Positions 12,601 through 25,700 of a DNA stretch of 64,000 nucleotides are shown piece by piece. The stretch lies in NCBI GenBank assembly GCA_036172245.1, contig JAYWIR010000029.1, positions 2,356,001 to 2,420,000 on the forward strand, read 5' to 3'. How positions within the stretch are numbered: position 1 is the first letter of the stretch; every line of letters begins with the position of its first letter. A program made the position numbers and the translations under genes. The stretch is from Raillietiella orientalis (lineage: Eukaryota). A model generated the notes under the pieces. It ran no database searches. It saw only the letters and a program-made list of their open reading frames with translations, and was not told the DNA's origin.

Positions 12601-14819
12601 CCTCCTCCCTCCGCGGACGCGGTTGCTAATGGCAACGCGAGCAGGCGGTGATTCGGCAGCGGCTTCCTTTCTCCCGGGTTCCCGGCGGTCCCAAGGTCTC
12701 TCTGGGCGGGTTCGCCGTACTTCGCTCGCACCGCGCGAGGAAACTCCGCCTCCGATCATCGACGCCGGGACGATCTGGCTCAGGGAGCCAGGAAATCGCG
12801 CAGGAGCCTGCTGAACCCCGGCCAGAGGGAGCTACTCCAGCCCCCCATCCCCTCCTGCGCCTCTCAGGACGCCTCGAGAGCAGGGGGCGGATCTCAACGA
12901 CCCTCTTCCGGGTGGCGAGTGCTCAGGGCTGGCGGTAGCAGCAACCGCAACACCGTCCTTCCGGTGCCCGAGGCGCCTCGGCACCAGGCGGGAGAAGAAA
13001 GAAAGCGCGGTGACCTCCTTCACTGGGACTGCCAGCGGACTTTGCCGGGCGGACCGTCTCTCCTCTCGAGTGGTCCACCCGCCGCCTCTTCCTCGAGGAG
13101 GGCGAACGGTGACCTCCCGAGTGGTCACACGCTCCGCAGCAGAAGAGGAGCGGTGCGGGCGAGCGGAAGGGAGGGAGCGCGCCCGCACCGCGACTCCAGC
13201 TGCTGCCACCCGGGCCGGCTGCGCAGCGACCGGGACCCGCCCGTGCAGACGAGGCCGACCCGCTCCGCCTCCACGCGCGCGAGCGCTCGGTGCGTGCGCG
13301 CGGCAGCAGCTGACGGTGCAACGAGGCCCAGACGGAGAAGGAGAGAGAGCGCTGTCTCCGCGCAACAGGTCGGATCGAAGATCCGAGCGAGAGAAGAGGC
13401 CGGACCGGGAGAGCGGGATGGCGTCTGAGATCTTCTTTCCTCTCCCCGCCTTCCTCCTCCACCTCTTTGTCTTTCCCCTCCCCACTCCTCCCCCTTCTTC
13501 TTCTCTCCGCGTCGGCGGCTGCGGGAGCAACGAACCCGACGACAACTCCCGGCGCAGTCTGCTGGTCCCGGGACCGCGCGTCCTCCTCCGCATCTTTTCC
13601 TCCTCTCCTCTTTTTTTTTTTTGCTCTTCGTGCCTCGAGATCTTCTCGGGTCTTCCGGCGGAGTCATGAAAACCAAGGCGCCCCCGCCGTTGACCCACTG
13701 ACGGTACGCCCCGGGTCACGCGGGGCAGCGCCGCCGCAAACGCTTCGACCGAGCGGAACGTGCGCCGGAAGGGGAGGAACCTCCGGCCGATTCTGCGGGA
13801 GACCCGTTGTTGCCTCCAGGCTGGAGAGGTCACCTGCAGAAAGGGCGGCGAAGGGGGGAGGGGAGACGGCAGCGGACCTTTCGCTGCCCCCGTTCTTCCC
13901 CGCGGCTGCTGACCCCGGAGAAAGAGGGAAGGTACTCCCGCTTCGGCAGCAGCTTCCATGTGACCCTCGCTGCGCCCCCGTCGCTCGGAGCGATACCTAG
14001 GCAGTGGTCCTCTCGTAACCTTCGACCCCCTCCCAGTCGAGCGGCTTGGCAGCAGGGGATCGCGAGTTCGCGTCCTCCCGGAGCCGCAGGAGCCACCTGG
14101 GCCTTGCGTGTCCCTCCTTCCGCAGCCATCTGGGTCGCTGCTGCTCTGCGTCTTTCGTCTCGGGCGAGCGGCCGCGCGCGTGCACCCTCCATCCTGGAAG
14201 CGACGCGCGGCGGCGGCGAAGATTCGCTCCTCCTTCCCCCTCCCACCTTTTCTTTTTCTTTTTCCTTTTTTTTCCGCCTTTTCCTCCTCTTTTCTCTCCC
14301 TCCCCTCTCTGTGACGTCGCGGCCTCCGTGAGCGCGCACCATCAGCTCTCTCGCGTGAGTATTCCTCTGCGCCGAGTAGGTCACAGGTGGAAGCGCACCT
14401 GCGCCACGCAGGCGTGAAAAAGCGCGAGCAGCCCTACGCAACGCGGGTGGGGAAAGGGGAAACGAGCCTTTTCCTTCCCGTCTTGCGCACGCGCGGTGCT
14501 CTCTCCGGGGGGCACGTGGGAAGAAGGGACAGTACGCGGTACGCGGCGCGTTCTCCACAAGGGAGGTGTGGGGCAGCTTGAGAAGAAGACAGATTCTTCG
14601 TCTCAGGAGGGTGGGGTTCCGGAGCAGCGGGGACGTCGCCCTAGGCGGCAGTGGCTCTCGCCGTTCCCCATCCAACCCGAAAGAAGGGCGCTCGGTCCAG
14701 CAGGAAGTGTAGGGACGAATTCTTCCACTTTCTCCTCTTCCTGTAGTGGGATGAAGGGAACGCCGTCGTCTGCTGCACGCGCAGGGGGGAGCGAGGAGAA
14801 GTCCCAAGGAACCTGAAAT

Positions 14820-16140
14820 GGCGTCATGTCTTTATAGACATCGCGTTCCCAGCTTCCCTTGGGAAATATCAGTCGGACCACCTGTGCCGCAGTTTTTGAA
14901 CCCGCGTGCTTGGGTAGAACTGCGTCTGCCCGGCGGGCTGCCGTTCGCCTGCCTTGGGGCTCGGTGACTCCCGAGACGGTGCAGGTCAACTCCTGTCTCG
15001 CCGGTTCGCCGCTGCTGCCATATCTTTCGCTTGGGGAGACAGAACCGCACCCTCGTTGTGCGAGGCGAATGTGCAGTTCAGGTCTTCCGATCCCACATCA
15101 CCTTAGGGCACCTCGTCTCCTAGCTCTCCTCAGATGATGCGTCGGGTGTGATCGCCTGCGTAGGACGTTGCCAGGTCGACCAGAAACGTCTCAGCAGAGA
15201 GGCCGTTGCTTGAAGGCCGGTGGATGTTACCCTGTGGTGACTGTGCGAGAGTCTGGAAGCGGCAGCCCTCGGAGGCTGGCGCCCCGGGCCTGAGGATCTG
15301 GAGAGCCGAGGGACAGAGCCGGTGCAGCAGGCTGTCCACCAGGTCTTGGGGCAGGAGGAGAGAGGAGAAGCCAAGGACGGAAGCGCCGTTCGGAACGCCT
15401 CCAGCGCAACGGCTGCCCTCCTTGAGGGAGCACATCGGCAGCAGTCCACTGACCAAATGGAAATTCTTCTACTATGAAATCACCTCCAGGTGCAGGACGC
15501 TAGATGATTGGACCGTGGACCAGCTGATAGATACTGCGATCACAAGTCTCCCACCAAAAAGCTTGTGCGTTGGGGTGAGCTGCTGAGAATTCCCCGAGGA
15601 TCTCTGGTGGCCCCCAGCGCTCCTGAGCAACTGTACCCTCCTTCTCAAGGCAGCAGGAGTCCGCGCTTCCGCTGTTGCCATGCACGGTCCGCCAACATCA
15701 CTGGACCCGGGGGGGCTGCGGAACCAAATTGCAACAGGTGCGGGTAATGCGCAACCCTCCTGTACCTACTCGTGGACTGCGTTCCCCTGAGATCGCTGTG
15801 GGAACGTTTCGCAGCGACTATCCTCCTGGCTCCACATGTCAACAACAGGGACGCACTGAAACCCCATCTTCGTGAACCGCGCATGGCCGCTGGCTGCATC
15901 CCTAGCAGCTCCTCGCTACCTATCGTGTCAGGAATTGTGGCAGCCGGGAGCGAAGCCAGAGGACGAGGGCGCGGCAGAGACGCCATCCACTTCTCCCTAC
16001 GTTTTTTGTGGGAACGAGATGGTCTTACTTTGAGAAAACCAGTGAATAACTTGCCAGCATCCTGGAGAGGATACGGAGGATGCCCTCCAGTGATCCCTTC
16101 CCCTGTCCTATAGAGTTATTTTTTTTTATTTATTTATTTT
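14820..16140 (+). mobile_element. 5'-truncated L1/Tx1-clade LINE (ORF2 thumb to 3' end), same family as the 7.1-10.7 kb copy
   Basis: Visible nucleotide homology of 15607-15800 with 10012-10220. Motifs HHWTRGG, NCNRCG and DCVPLRSLW. Shared terminal TGATCCCTTCCC followed by a T-rich tract. Confidence 0.75.
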
Positions 16141-16269
16141 TTCCCATCCTCTCTGCTGTGGAGGTCACTTTTCTCGGTCTGCGCACTGGACACTCGGCAA
16201 GCTGTGCTTAAGCCAGGACTCGATAGGGCTAATGGCCCTATCATTTTATAATGTTGACTGTTTCGATAA

Positions 16270-16367
16270 ACACCCCAGGTGGGAATCTCAGCGTAGAGGC
16301 ATCGGAAGAATGCAGCCCGGTCATCTGAGTTGGCTGTAGGTCCCGCATACGTAGACGAGGGGGGCAC
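16270..16367 (-). mobile_element. Inverted APE endonuclease fragment of a LINE
   Basis: YAGPTANSDDRAAFFRCLYAEIPTWG matches the NVYAP....R..FF..L....GDFN segment of L1-clade APE domains. Confidence 0.5.
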
Positions 16368-16369
16368 CA

Positions 16370-18110
16370 GTGGTTATCTCGCGCCTCTCATCCGAAGGGT
16401 GTTTTCTCTTCAGCCGGGAATCGGCAACTACGGGGACCTTCCGAGATCTTCCCGTCCGCGCTCGATTCGAATTCTTTGGGGAAAGGCGAAGCTCTTCTCC
16501 TTGCAAGAGGAAGGAAGACGCACGACTGTGGTCTTTCCCAAGGGCCCCCGTGGGGCATCGGATCAACCTCCGGAGGGAGATCTCGCACCCCGTCACACCG
16601 GGTGGGCGTCCGTGGAGATCCCTCATTGCCCTGAGCGAGCTGCTGGAAGACTTGAGGACGGGGAGTAGCCCTGAGGATTGATGGACGCGAGATGCTTCGA
16701 CTGTCCCGAGAAGCCGGGAGGATGCAACGATGGGGAAGGAAGGGACAAGGGGCGACCACAGGATGTATCGAGCTGCGCCGCAAATTTTCTCGGTTTCCAT
16801 GAGATGCCTCGAGGGCAGCGAGGTCATCTGCCACCCAGGGCCCCCAGGGTTGAGCTCGACCCTTTTCTCCGAAGCAAAGAAGCTGGCGTTATCCCCGCCG
16901 GCAGAAGAGTAGCATCAGGGGTCCATGCAAACGAGGCCACCGCGAGTGGGAGAAGATGCTGCTCCGGCCGCTTACGGAGGAAGAGCAAAAGCTGGGAGGG
17001 AAGGACGTCGACACTGCTGCATCTCAGTGGGACGCGTCGGGCGTGGGGGACTCTGCGGAGAGGCGTCAGAGCGATCGCGTGCGAGAATGCGTCTGCCCTG
17101 TTTTGGGAGTAATAGACGAGGATGCTGGGACGACGAAAATACCGGTGATCTGCTCGTCTCTTGCACATTCCCGGTTCCTGCAGCCGCCTAGCTTCCCATC
17201 CCGCTCTTCCTCCTTCCTCGCCGCACGCCAACGGAATTGCAAGGCCGAAACTTCCCGTGGTTGGTCGGTTGCCATGGTTCCACCGCGCTTCCTCAGGACT
17301 TTTTTCTTCCGAGCATTCCTTCGACATATGCGCGGGAGCGAACAGGGAGACCCAAATTGCAGCTCGTTTGGGCTCCATTAGGGAGAAGAGGGGGGGATGA
17401 CTCCTGCTGGGGATGGCGTCTCTGCTGGAGGGGAACACTCTCAGGAGAGGGGGTGCTCATCTCCACGGCAACAGCGATCTTTGCTGATGATCTCCATTCG
17501 GTGGGTGATCCTCGGAGTGGCTTGCGGCGGGTCCCTGAAAGCAGTCCACCAGACGAACGAAGAGGTGGGAGAACTCCCGATTGCAACTCACGAGACCTGA
17601 GGAGGGGTGGAGGCCTCCCGTTCCGAAGATCCTGGACCGAATCGGAAATTCCGCCCACTTCCATTTCTAAACAAAGCAGCTCCGCCATTACAGGCAATGG
17701 CGCGTGTGAGCAGGGAAGGGGAGGGGGAGGGATGGATGAAAGATCTTGTTTCCCCCACGCTCCCATTCGGTGCGTCATCAAAGTGAGCGATTTGGTTATC
17801 AAATGTGTCGTCAAGGCAACGTGAATGACAGCGTGGCTGCCTCAGCACGGGGCCCTCTATCAGCCCCCATCGCGCTTCACTGCTCTTCTTCCCTCCTCTT
17901 TCCCTTCTCCTCCCTCGAGCTTTCACCTTCCACGAAACCTCCTTCCCAAATCCCTCCTGCCTACGGCCTCTCTCTCTCTGCTCGCTCTCGCGCTGCAGCC
18001 GAATCTGAAGAGCTGAAAGTTGCAGAGATTCAGAAGCAGAGACCGTCCCTAAAGGGGTTTCCAAGCGCCGCAAGAGGAAGAGTCCGGGGATCGCGTTCTC
18101 AGGCTTGGTG
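16370..18110 (+). mobile_element. Degenerate L1/Tx1 ORF2 (APE C-terminus to RT)
   Basis: Motifs in the expected order: TFRDLPVRARFEFF (TF...SRID.F), PVGH (SDH), GGRPWRSLIALSELLED (G..W.LN.SLL.D), LLRPLTEEE (P.T.EE), RGPLSAP (QGCPLSP). Confidence 0.62.
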
Positions 18111-18279
18111 ACCGCTGTGATCTTGAAGAATCACCATGCCACCGCGTCGGAGACGCGCCCTTCCCTCGCTTCACGGTCCCTTGTGTGGGGGAGTGTCTCG
18201 GTGCGCGCGTGAGTTGTCCATCTCAGCTCGGTCAATCTTCTCCCAGAATCATCCGAAGATCCCGTTCTTCCCACCTCTC

Positions 18280-18760
18280 CGGATAAGGAATCACGTGGTG
18301 GAGTTCTTTAGCTTCCTTCTAATCTCGGTTCGCATTGGGAGCAGCTCAGAGAAGGAGGCTTCTTGCCTCATTCTTTGCTGTTCCACCCACCTGACTCTCC
18401 AGTGGCTGTGCAACGCGGTGTGTGCGTCTCCGCAGTGGCGCGACACTGGCTTGCTGAGCAGCCGAGTTTCCACAGAGACCTCGGGCAGCATATGCGCCTC
18501 CGCCTCCACGCTGATGAGGGTGGCGAGGCGGGTCGACCTGTGCAGGAGAACAGAGGAGAACGTCGCCGGAGCTGCAAACGGGCAGTGGAAGATGAGATGG
18601 TTCTCTTTTCTCTCTCCTTCTCCTCCTCCGTTCATTTTGGTCCATTCATCCGTTGCCTTCTGTCCTGCACCGCTCTACTTCTCTCCGCAGGCGACTCGGG
18701 AGGCGTCATCTAAGCACGTCCACACTCCGCCAGGACCTCTTCCCCTCGTCTGGTGCGCCT
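18280..18760 (-). mobile_element. LINE ORF2 C-terminal zf-RVT fragment
   Basis: ENHLIFHCPFA and downstream LHSHWRVR (cf. E...HL...C..A and IW..RN) in ORF 18291-18635. Confidence 0.55.
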
Positions 18761-19599
18761 GCTGAGCTGACGGCGCTACCGGATGTAAATCCAGCTTTTT
18801 GAAGTGACGCCAGTCACGTGCCAGGAATCCTATCCCTCGTAGCAATCCCCGCCCGCCATTTTTCGTTCTCTTGTGTCTTACGCGGATACGCCCTGGTGTT
18901 GGTATTCCCACCCTCATCGCAAACAAAGATCCGGGTACTTCATCTTCCATCATTTTTTTAAGATCGGCCTTCTTCGCTGCCACAGAGCACTGCTTTGCCA
19001 GAGGCTTCCTCCATTGTCATCTTCCGATCGGTGTTTTTCGACATCCTCTTTAGAGTGCACTCCAGGTCCGTCTTGAAAAGAAGGCGCGAAGCTCCACGAT
19101 CTGCTCTGCAGGCAGAGGCAGTCTTGACTCCTCCCTTCACTTCCCTCCCTAGCCTCCTCCCTTCGCAGATCGGCTGCAGGCGAGCAGGAGCGATTTCAGT
19201 GATGAGTCGCCACCGAATGCCCTGAAGAGTCTCCTTCCTCCTCCTAGATGGCAGAAACCAGCCCACCACCGAACCGCAGAGATCACAAAGGGAAGGAGCG
19301 ACCACTAGATAAAGAAGGGACAAAGGAGGCAAAAGGGGACCGGGCTCCAGGAGTTTAGGAACGCCCGACGCCTTTCCTCCCAAGATAGTTGGCCGTCCTG
19401 TCACTTCCTCTTTCCTCCCGTTGTCACCGATCGCATGCTGCTCCCTCTCAGTTGGCGGGAAACCGTCCTCCAAGCGTGCAGTCAGACAGAAAATCCGAGG
19501 TAAAGAAAGAGAGAGAGAGAAAAAAAACATGGCAGCCATGCTATTCTCATGCTGCATGATGCTGCCCACCGTCCGACGGCAACATCCTCGGCAGCGGAG

Positions 19600-21240
19600 T
19601 TCTTACTGTTGACTTTTAGGATCGAGGAAAGCTGCAGGGCCAATAGGAAACGGACAGGAATTTTTAAACACCTCGAATCCCATTGCCGCGCCCTGCTGAG
19701 GGATGCTCTTGCTTTCTCAGCTCAAGATGAAAGCAGCGCAGATGTTTCCCGAGATCCGGAAGCTGGATCTACTCCTTTCGAAAAAGCGCAGACGCCACAG
19801 AATAGGCCAGAGAGCGTGAATGAAGATGGTCCGGATGAGCTTCTTCTACATGGAAAGAGTGGGACGCTATTGGTGTTCCTGTTCCCTCCTGTTCCTCCCT
19901 ACGGGATGAAAAGAATGAAGTCAAAAGGTGAGACCTACAACGCCGCAGGAGATTCTGAGAGCAGCTTCCCCTGGTTCAAAGTGACTCTCCTTCCTCTGGA
20001 CGGGAAAAGGTTCCCAAGCTCTTGCGAGCCCCCCAAGGACAGCTGTCAGGTCACTCGTCCGCACAGCGTGAGGAGGAGTGACCTGTGGGCTCGAGCTCGA
20101 GAAGAAATGGTGCGGAGGAGTAGGAGGAGGCTTGGGAGGCTCATTCTGTCACGCACCTTTTGCAGGCCAAGGTGGCTCCACGAAACTCTCTGTCTTGCGA
20201 TGAGCTCCTCCAGGACCCAGAATTCAAGATGACCAGAGACGGTGCTTGCACATTCACAGATGGTAGAAGGGAAGGAAAGGGAAGATCCCACCTGAGTTAT
20301 GGAGCAGTTGTCGAGCAAATATTTGCTGGTTGCTGTTTGTTGATCAGTGCACTTCTCCGAGGAGTTCCAAGCGCGCTCGGGAGGAGTAGTCGGGAGGTAG
20401 ACGAGCATCCTCAAGGAAGAAGAATCCCTCCTGAAAATGCTCGACTGTCCGGATCTTCTGGAAGCTTCCTCCTCCGCACCAGCTAGGACTCCTCGAAGGT
20501 TCCATTGGCCCGGAAGGGGAACCAGCTCACGTTAGTCGGTCATGAATGTGGACCCACACGGGCTGAGAGAGAGACGGCCCGCTAAAACTCCTTCCTGGCT
20601 TGGTGCCGTCTCGACGAAGAGCGAGTCTCGAACTCTCTCTTCGTCGAGTCGCAGCTGCTCTTCCCCGTCTGTAATGTCGCCTCTTGGGTGCCAGAACCCT
20701 GCCCTTGCCATCCACAAGGGTGCAGGGTCTTGGCAGGACGTGTTTTGCTGCTGCCGCTGCTTGCCTTCTTCGCGAGCATCGCGCGTGCAGGAGAGCACCT
20801 CGACATGTTCTCCGTGCTCATTGTCTCCAGGAGTAGAGACCTGGAGCAGCCCGAGGGAAGGCAAGTTTTAACTCTACAGAGAAGGAAACCTGTGGATAGG
20901 CCAGCCCCACCGGTGTACGTTTGCCGCCGTCTCCCGTTTATCCAGCTCCCAGAGCAGCGCAGTGAGGGAGGAAGAAATGCACGCTGCATGCACTCTTGAG
21001 GGACGCAACAACGCTCCGGGCTGAACTCCCGCCGTCCCATGGAAGTGACGCCAATGAGGGAAGACGGCGACCGGATCTGGGACTCTGGGTTCCAGCCGAG
21101 GGGGGCAGTGCTGCTGGGTTAGAAAAACACGAGCCTGGAGCCGCCCAAAGGGGTTGAGGCTTCCCATTCCCCGGTCGCTCTTCGCAGCGTCGAGACGCTG
21201 TCGAGATGAGCCTGGAAGGTTCAGGGTATCCCACAACCCT
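19600..21240 (+). mobile_element. Degenerate L1/Tx1 RT region
   Basis: Weak but ordered matches: MKSKG (K.PG.DG region), VTLLPLDG (ITL.PK.G), TFCRPRWLHET (F..GR...N), QGC..LLPLL. Confidence 0.45.
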
Positions 21241-21549
21241 TCCTGAAGGTCAGCGGGTGAGCCGACGCGCGGGCTGTTCCGGCTAAACCGATCCTCCTCA
21301 ACATTCTTGAGATGCTTTGTGTGTGTGTCCCTCGACGTGCGTGGGGTTGCGTAGCGCGCGCACGCGAGCAGCGCTCGCCGACGGACCACCGCGGGCGGAT
21401 CTGCGAAGCGGGGAAGACGCGCCTCCTCTCGCGGGCCGCGTGACAGCAGGGCGCAGTCTCCCCCCGGGAAGCGAAAGCGAGGTCGGCCGCATCCCTCGAG
21501 TGCTGCCTCGAGCGAGGAGGGCGCACCCCTTAGGGTCAATTTGCTCTGC

Positions 21550-22700
21550 CCGGCGATGCGCAGGTCTCCGGTCTCCAAGGAGTCGGTTGCCAAGGACACG
21601 ATGTTTCAAGAGTGGGCAAAGGGGTGGAAGGGAAGGAGAGGAAAACTCCGGAGGAAGGTGGGTGTCGCGCGGCCACCTACCGCTGTTGCTGTCCTCTTCC
21701 AGGATCTTCTTCAGGGATCACCCAGGCTCCTGAAAGAGGGTAGGCCACGAGCCACGAGGAACGGCTCAGAGGGGTAAGGCACGGGTAGACGACGAACGGG
21801 AGTATTAGCTTCTGGAACTCAAGGGATCTGCAGCGCCTGTCCGAGCCGCCTCCGTCAGGAGTTTCCGGATGTGCGCCTCTGCGACGTTTCCTTCGCTCCC
21901 GTCCTCCCCCGAATACGGAACTCCCACGGAGCGATTCCCAACGGCGATAGAGACTCCATCTCCCTTCCTCCTCCTCCTCATTTTCCTCCTCCTCTGCTCA
22001 CCAGAAGGTAAGGTCTCCAAGGGGGTGGCCGTGTGGGTCCACGGTGGTCCTCGAGGGATTGGGGAAGAGGCGTTTTTGTTCCCGGGAGAGAAAGTGACGG
22101 GAAAAGCACGGAGAGGGAGGAAGAAATCTATGATGTCGTCGTCCGCCCTCGGTCCTGAACGCCGGGGATCTTGGCAACGCTCTTGTCCTCCTCAGACTTT
22201 GGACGCCACCTCTCGACCCGCATTTCGTCTAAAGCGCCATCGATTTTTCCCTTCCAAGACTCAAGCTGGGAGTCCCCGTTTCCCTGGAAACTCCCGTTCG
22301 CCTAGGTTCCCGGGAGATGGACCGACTGGCAGGGAAGAAAAAAGTGAGTTGACCAAGGGGGGCGAAGAACCCTGCAGATGAGGGACCTCTGAAGAGACTT
22401 CATTAGCCCAACCCACCTGCATCATCTGTGGGAACGGCTTGGGAAAACGGCAGGGAAGGAGGGAACCCTCCTTTCCCCCCTCTTCCCCTGTCGCTCGCCC
22501 ATAACTTCCGGAAGGGAGGGAGAGAAGGGTAGGGGAAGAGAGCGCAAGTTCGACGGTGTTTGCCGGGAAGAGGAAGGTGATGGGGGGACTAGGGAGGGAG
22601 AGAATAGGGATCCTCGTGCCTCCGAGGCAGCCAGGAGGGTGAATCCGCATTGACACCGTCCTTGGCTACCAGCGCAAGATGCCAGAAGGCTGAGCGAGGC
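21550..22700 (+). mobile_element. Putative L1/Tx1 ORF1 remnant
   Basis: VAVWVHGGPRGIGEE (RRM-like start) and AQPTCIICG (knuckle, ~22405-22430). Confidence 0.45.
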
Positions 22701-25700
22701 AGCCTCGCGGTCCGACGGAATTCCTCGCCAGACTCTACTTCCTCCTCTTCCTCCTCCTCCTTCTCGACCTCATCCTATTCCCTTAATACTCCTCCCTTCT
22801 CCTAGTCCTCCTCCTCCTCGTTCCACTAGCGCCTCTCGCGGAGCTCTGCCTGAATCGATGGTCCGCGTGGCGCGCGCGAGGAACGCGTCGCTCGCGCGCC
22901 TGGGGCGCCCCGACAGCGGCTTCCCATCCGAGGCCGGATGCATGGCTCCGCAAGCGACGCACGGCGCTCGGAGAGCGTTTCCGTGGTGACCATCCTAACG
23001 ACCGTTCTCCCCAGTGCCGGTCTACGGCTGCCGCTTCCCCGTTTCGCCTCCTCCCCTCCCTCCCGAATTGCTTTTCCGGTGCCGACGCGATCCGCCGTCT
23101 GCCCGGAGTCCGTTCGCTGTCTTTTCCTGCGATGTGCCCCGGGTCCCTATGAACTCGCGCGTGCCCGCGCAGCGTTCAGGAAACTGCAAGCGGCGGTCTG
23201 CTCGCGCGAGCGCGCCCTCTCTCTGCACGTCCTCTACCATTCCGTTTCCCTCTCCTCCTCCTCCCTGCTCCCTCCTCCCCCCGCTAGCAGGTTGAGGATC
23301 GCGGTCTGGAAGAGTGAAGTTCAGCCCTATGTTCTCTCGGAGGGGAGGAGGCCAGTGAAGCAGCGCCTCTCGTGGAGATCCTAGGAACTCCGGGGAAAAA
23401 CAGCTGCGCGGTTCCCCACCGAGAGGATCGTCGGGTTACTGGAAGGAGAAAGGGGAGGGAAGAGCCTCAGCAAGGGAGGGGGAGGAGCGAGGCGCCCACC
23501 CACTCCGCGGGGAGTCCCTGGGTCGAGAGTGTCCAGGGGACAGGAAGGGAGGTCGTTCCATTGGGCCTCTGAGCCGACCCCTCGTAAGCGAGGAGGGCCA
23601 GTAGGGGTTCGTAGGCCGATAACAACCGACGGTTGCTGGCACCCGATGGGAAAAGCTGGACGGAGGAGGAAGCTACCAGAGAGGATGGTTTGATGAGGAA
23701 GACGAGTGGGGCGGGAGGGCAGTCCCTCTTTGCGAGGGGGCCAACGGCGGAAAGAGCAAGGGAGAAGGCAGAGGAGTAGAGTGAAGGGAGTGAACCGTGG
23801 GGAAGGGAACTGAGGGTCGAGGAGGTGGAAACCTTTCCTTCCCGGAGTTCGTGTGACCGTCGGAGAGAGGGCTTATGTCTGAGGGCATGAGCACCATTTC
23901 TGACCCTCCCCTTCCCCCAGGAAAGGGCGGAGGGCATTCCCGTTCCTGACGCTTCCCCCACACCGGTCCTGCTGCGCTTCCTTCCAGGTTCTCGGGGTCT
24001 CGCCGGCGTCCGAAGTCGCCCATGAGACGGGTGCAAGCAGCGCGCCATCTTCGCACAGACGCCGGGGGGGGCAGGGGTCGGAAGGGGCTCATACAAGTCC
24101 TCGAGGAAGTCCCGAGGGCGGGAACGGCGAAGAGGGAGGAGTCTGGAGAGATGCGAGTAGATGGCGAGAGACCAGCAGCCTCCCCGGTGGCGGACGCGCA
24201 GCCGTGCCCGGCCTCAGGGTGCGTCCGATTGCGTGACCCTGAGTCGTCCAGCGTCCGGCGGTCTCCACGACACCCAGACGCCCCTGTCGCGAAACGGTCC
24301 AGGCGGGTGCCTCCACTGCCTCCTCCCATGGAATTTCCCGGCCGGTCCAGGAACCTGTGTCCGAGTCCCCTCCCATGAGTGTCCCTGGAACACGCCGCGG
24401 TCGCGTCCGGACCGCGACCGCGGGTTTTCTGCCCCTTGTTCCTCCACCAGGAAGAAAGAACTATTTTCTTCCTCCTCCTTCTGGGAAGAGTGCGGAAGCT
24501 GCAGAGGAGGAGGCGTTCGGGGGCAGCTGGGATTGGAAAGAGCGAGCAGGAGACCCGGGGAGAGGGAGGACCCTCTCCGAGTTTCCGGGAAATCAGCTGC
24601 TGGATCCGTCTCCTCCAGGAAGACGGCAGATGCCACCTCCTACTGGGACCCTGCCCCCCTGTGACGCCCTAAATAGAGGCGATCCAGATTCAAGAGAGAG
24701 AGGAGGCGGAGCGGCATCCGACTCCCCTCCTTCCCGTTCCTGTCCACCGTTCCCTCCCTACTCTTTCGGAAAGGGTGCTGGCGTAGACGGAAGAGGACTA
24801 CGGGGGGATGAGAGAACCACGATGGACTTGGACTGAGGAAGAGCTCGCGCTGAATGAACAGGCACTATGGACAGGGAAAAAAGGGGCTGTGGGTTTATAC
24901 AGAGGGGAGGTGGAGGCAGCCCACACTCCTGGTTTGCTGCTGCCGCCGTCGTCGTCGCCGCACCACAGAAAAGTGGGGAAACCCCGATTCCTGAGGAACT
25001 TCGCCTTTTTTTCGGGAGTGGGTAATCCCGGAAGGAGGAGCTGACCAGGAGGGGAAGAAAGGGAAGAGGAGGAGGAGGAGGAAGAGGAGGAGGAGGAGCG
25101 GGTTATGACGACTGGCAGGAACTCGGGATCCGTGCGAGCTCATCAGCGCTCCCCGTGACCGAGATTGCCTTTCCCAGCGCCTGTGGGAAGGATTTCCGTC
25201 CCGAACCCATCACGGGAGAAGGCGGGAAGGGGAAGAAGAGGGTGGGAATGCGAGAGCGGGAGCTGCCTCCCGGGAAACCATGCCGCCAGCTAGGATCAGC
25301 CCGCGCAACGGTCACCAGGAACGTGGGAGACGCACGCAAACCCGGGGGCGGCGGGACGAACCCAGAGGGCTGCCTGGCCCTCGAAGTATGGGGCGCAAGA
25401 TCGATCCCCGGGGCGGCCATCTGGGCGGGAGCATCCCGTTCTCTCGTTCGCATCGAACCCCTTGGGTAGCGGGATCGAAGTCCGGCACTCCCTCGGGAAG
25501 ATGCCTCCTCTTTTCCCCACGATGCTCTCTGGGAGAACTGCTGAAGGACGGTCGCTCCCGCCCTTCTCGGGGCTCTGGCCCCAATCTCCAGCATCCGCCC
25601 CTTGGGAGATCGTCCCCTGCGGATGTCGTGCAGTCCGCCCGAGCTCCTTGCGGGCGTTCATGGAAACCGCCACGAATGTGCGAGGAGGCGAACCGCCCGC

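Noticed and set aside
12622..12636. RFX X-box-like palindrome GTTGCTAATGGCAAC (weaker one at ~11282)
   Set aside because: No associated gene; lies among repeat relics, so a chance match is plausible.
12832..14807. Long ORFs (375 aa and 325 aa; likewise 1736-2779, 6228-7277, 47590-48489)
   Set aside because: Arg/Pro/Ser/Gly-rich, overlapping in several frames and running through homopolymers. This is expected from high GC, and no coherent domain is present.
18511..18560. CTGATGAG as a hammerhead ribozyme core (also ~34329 and ~40204)
   Set aside because: No stem II followed by GAAA and no flanking helices could be formed.
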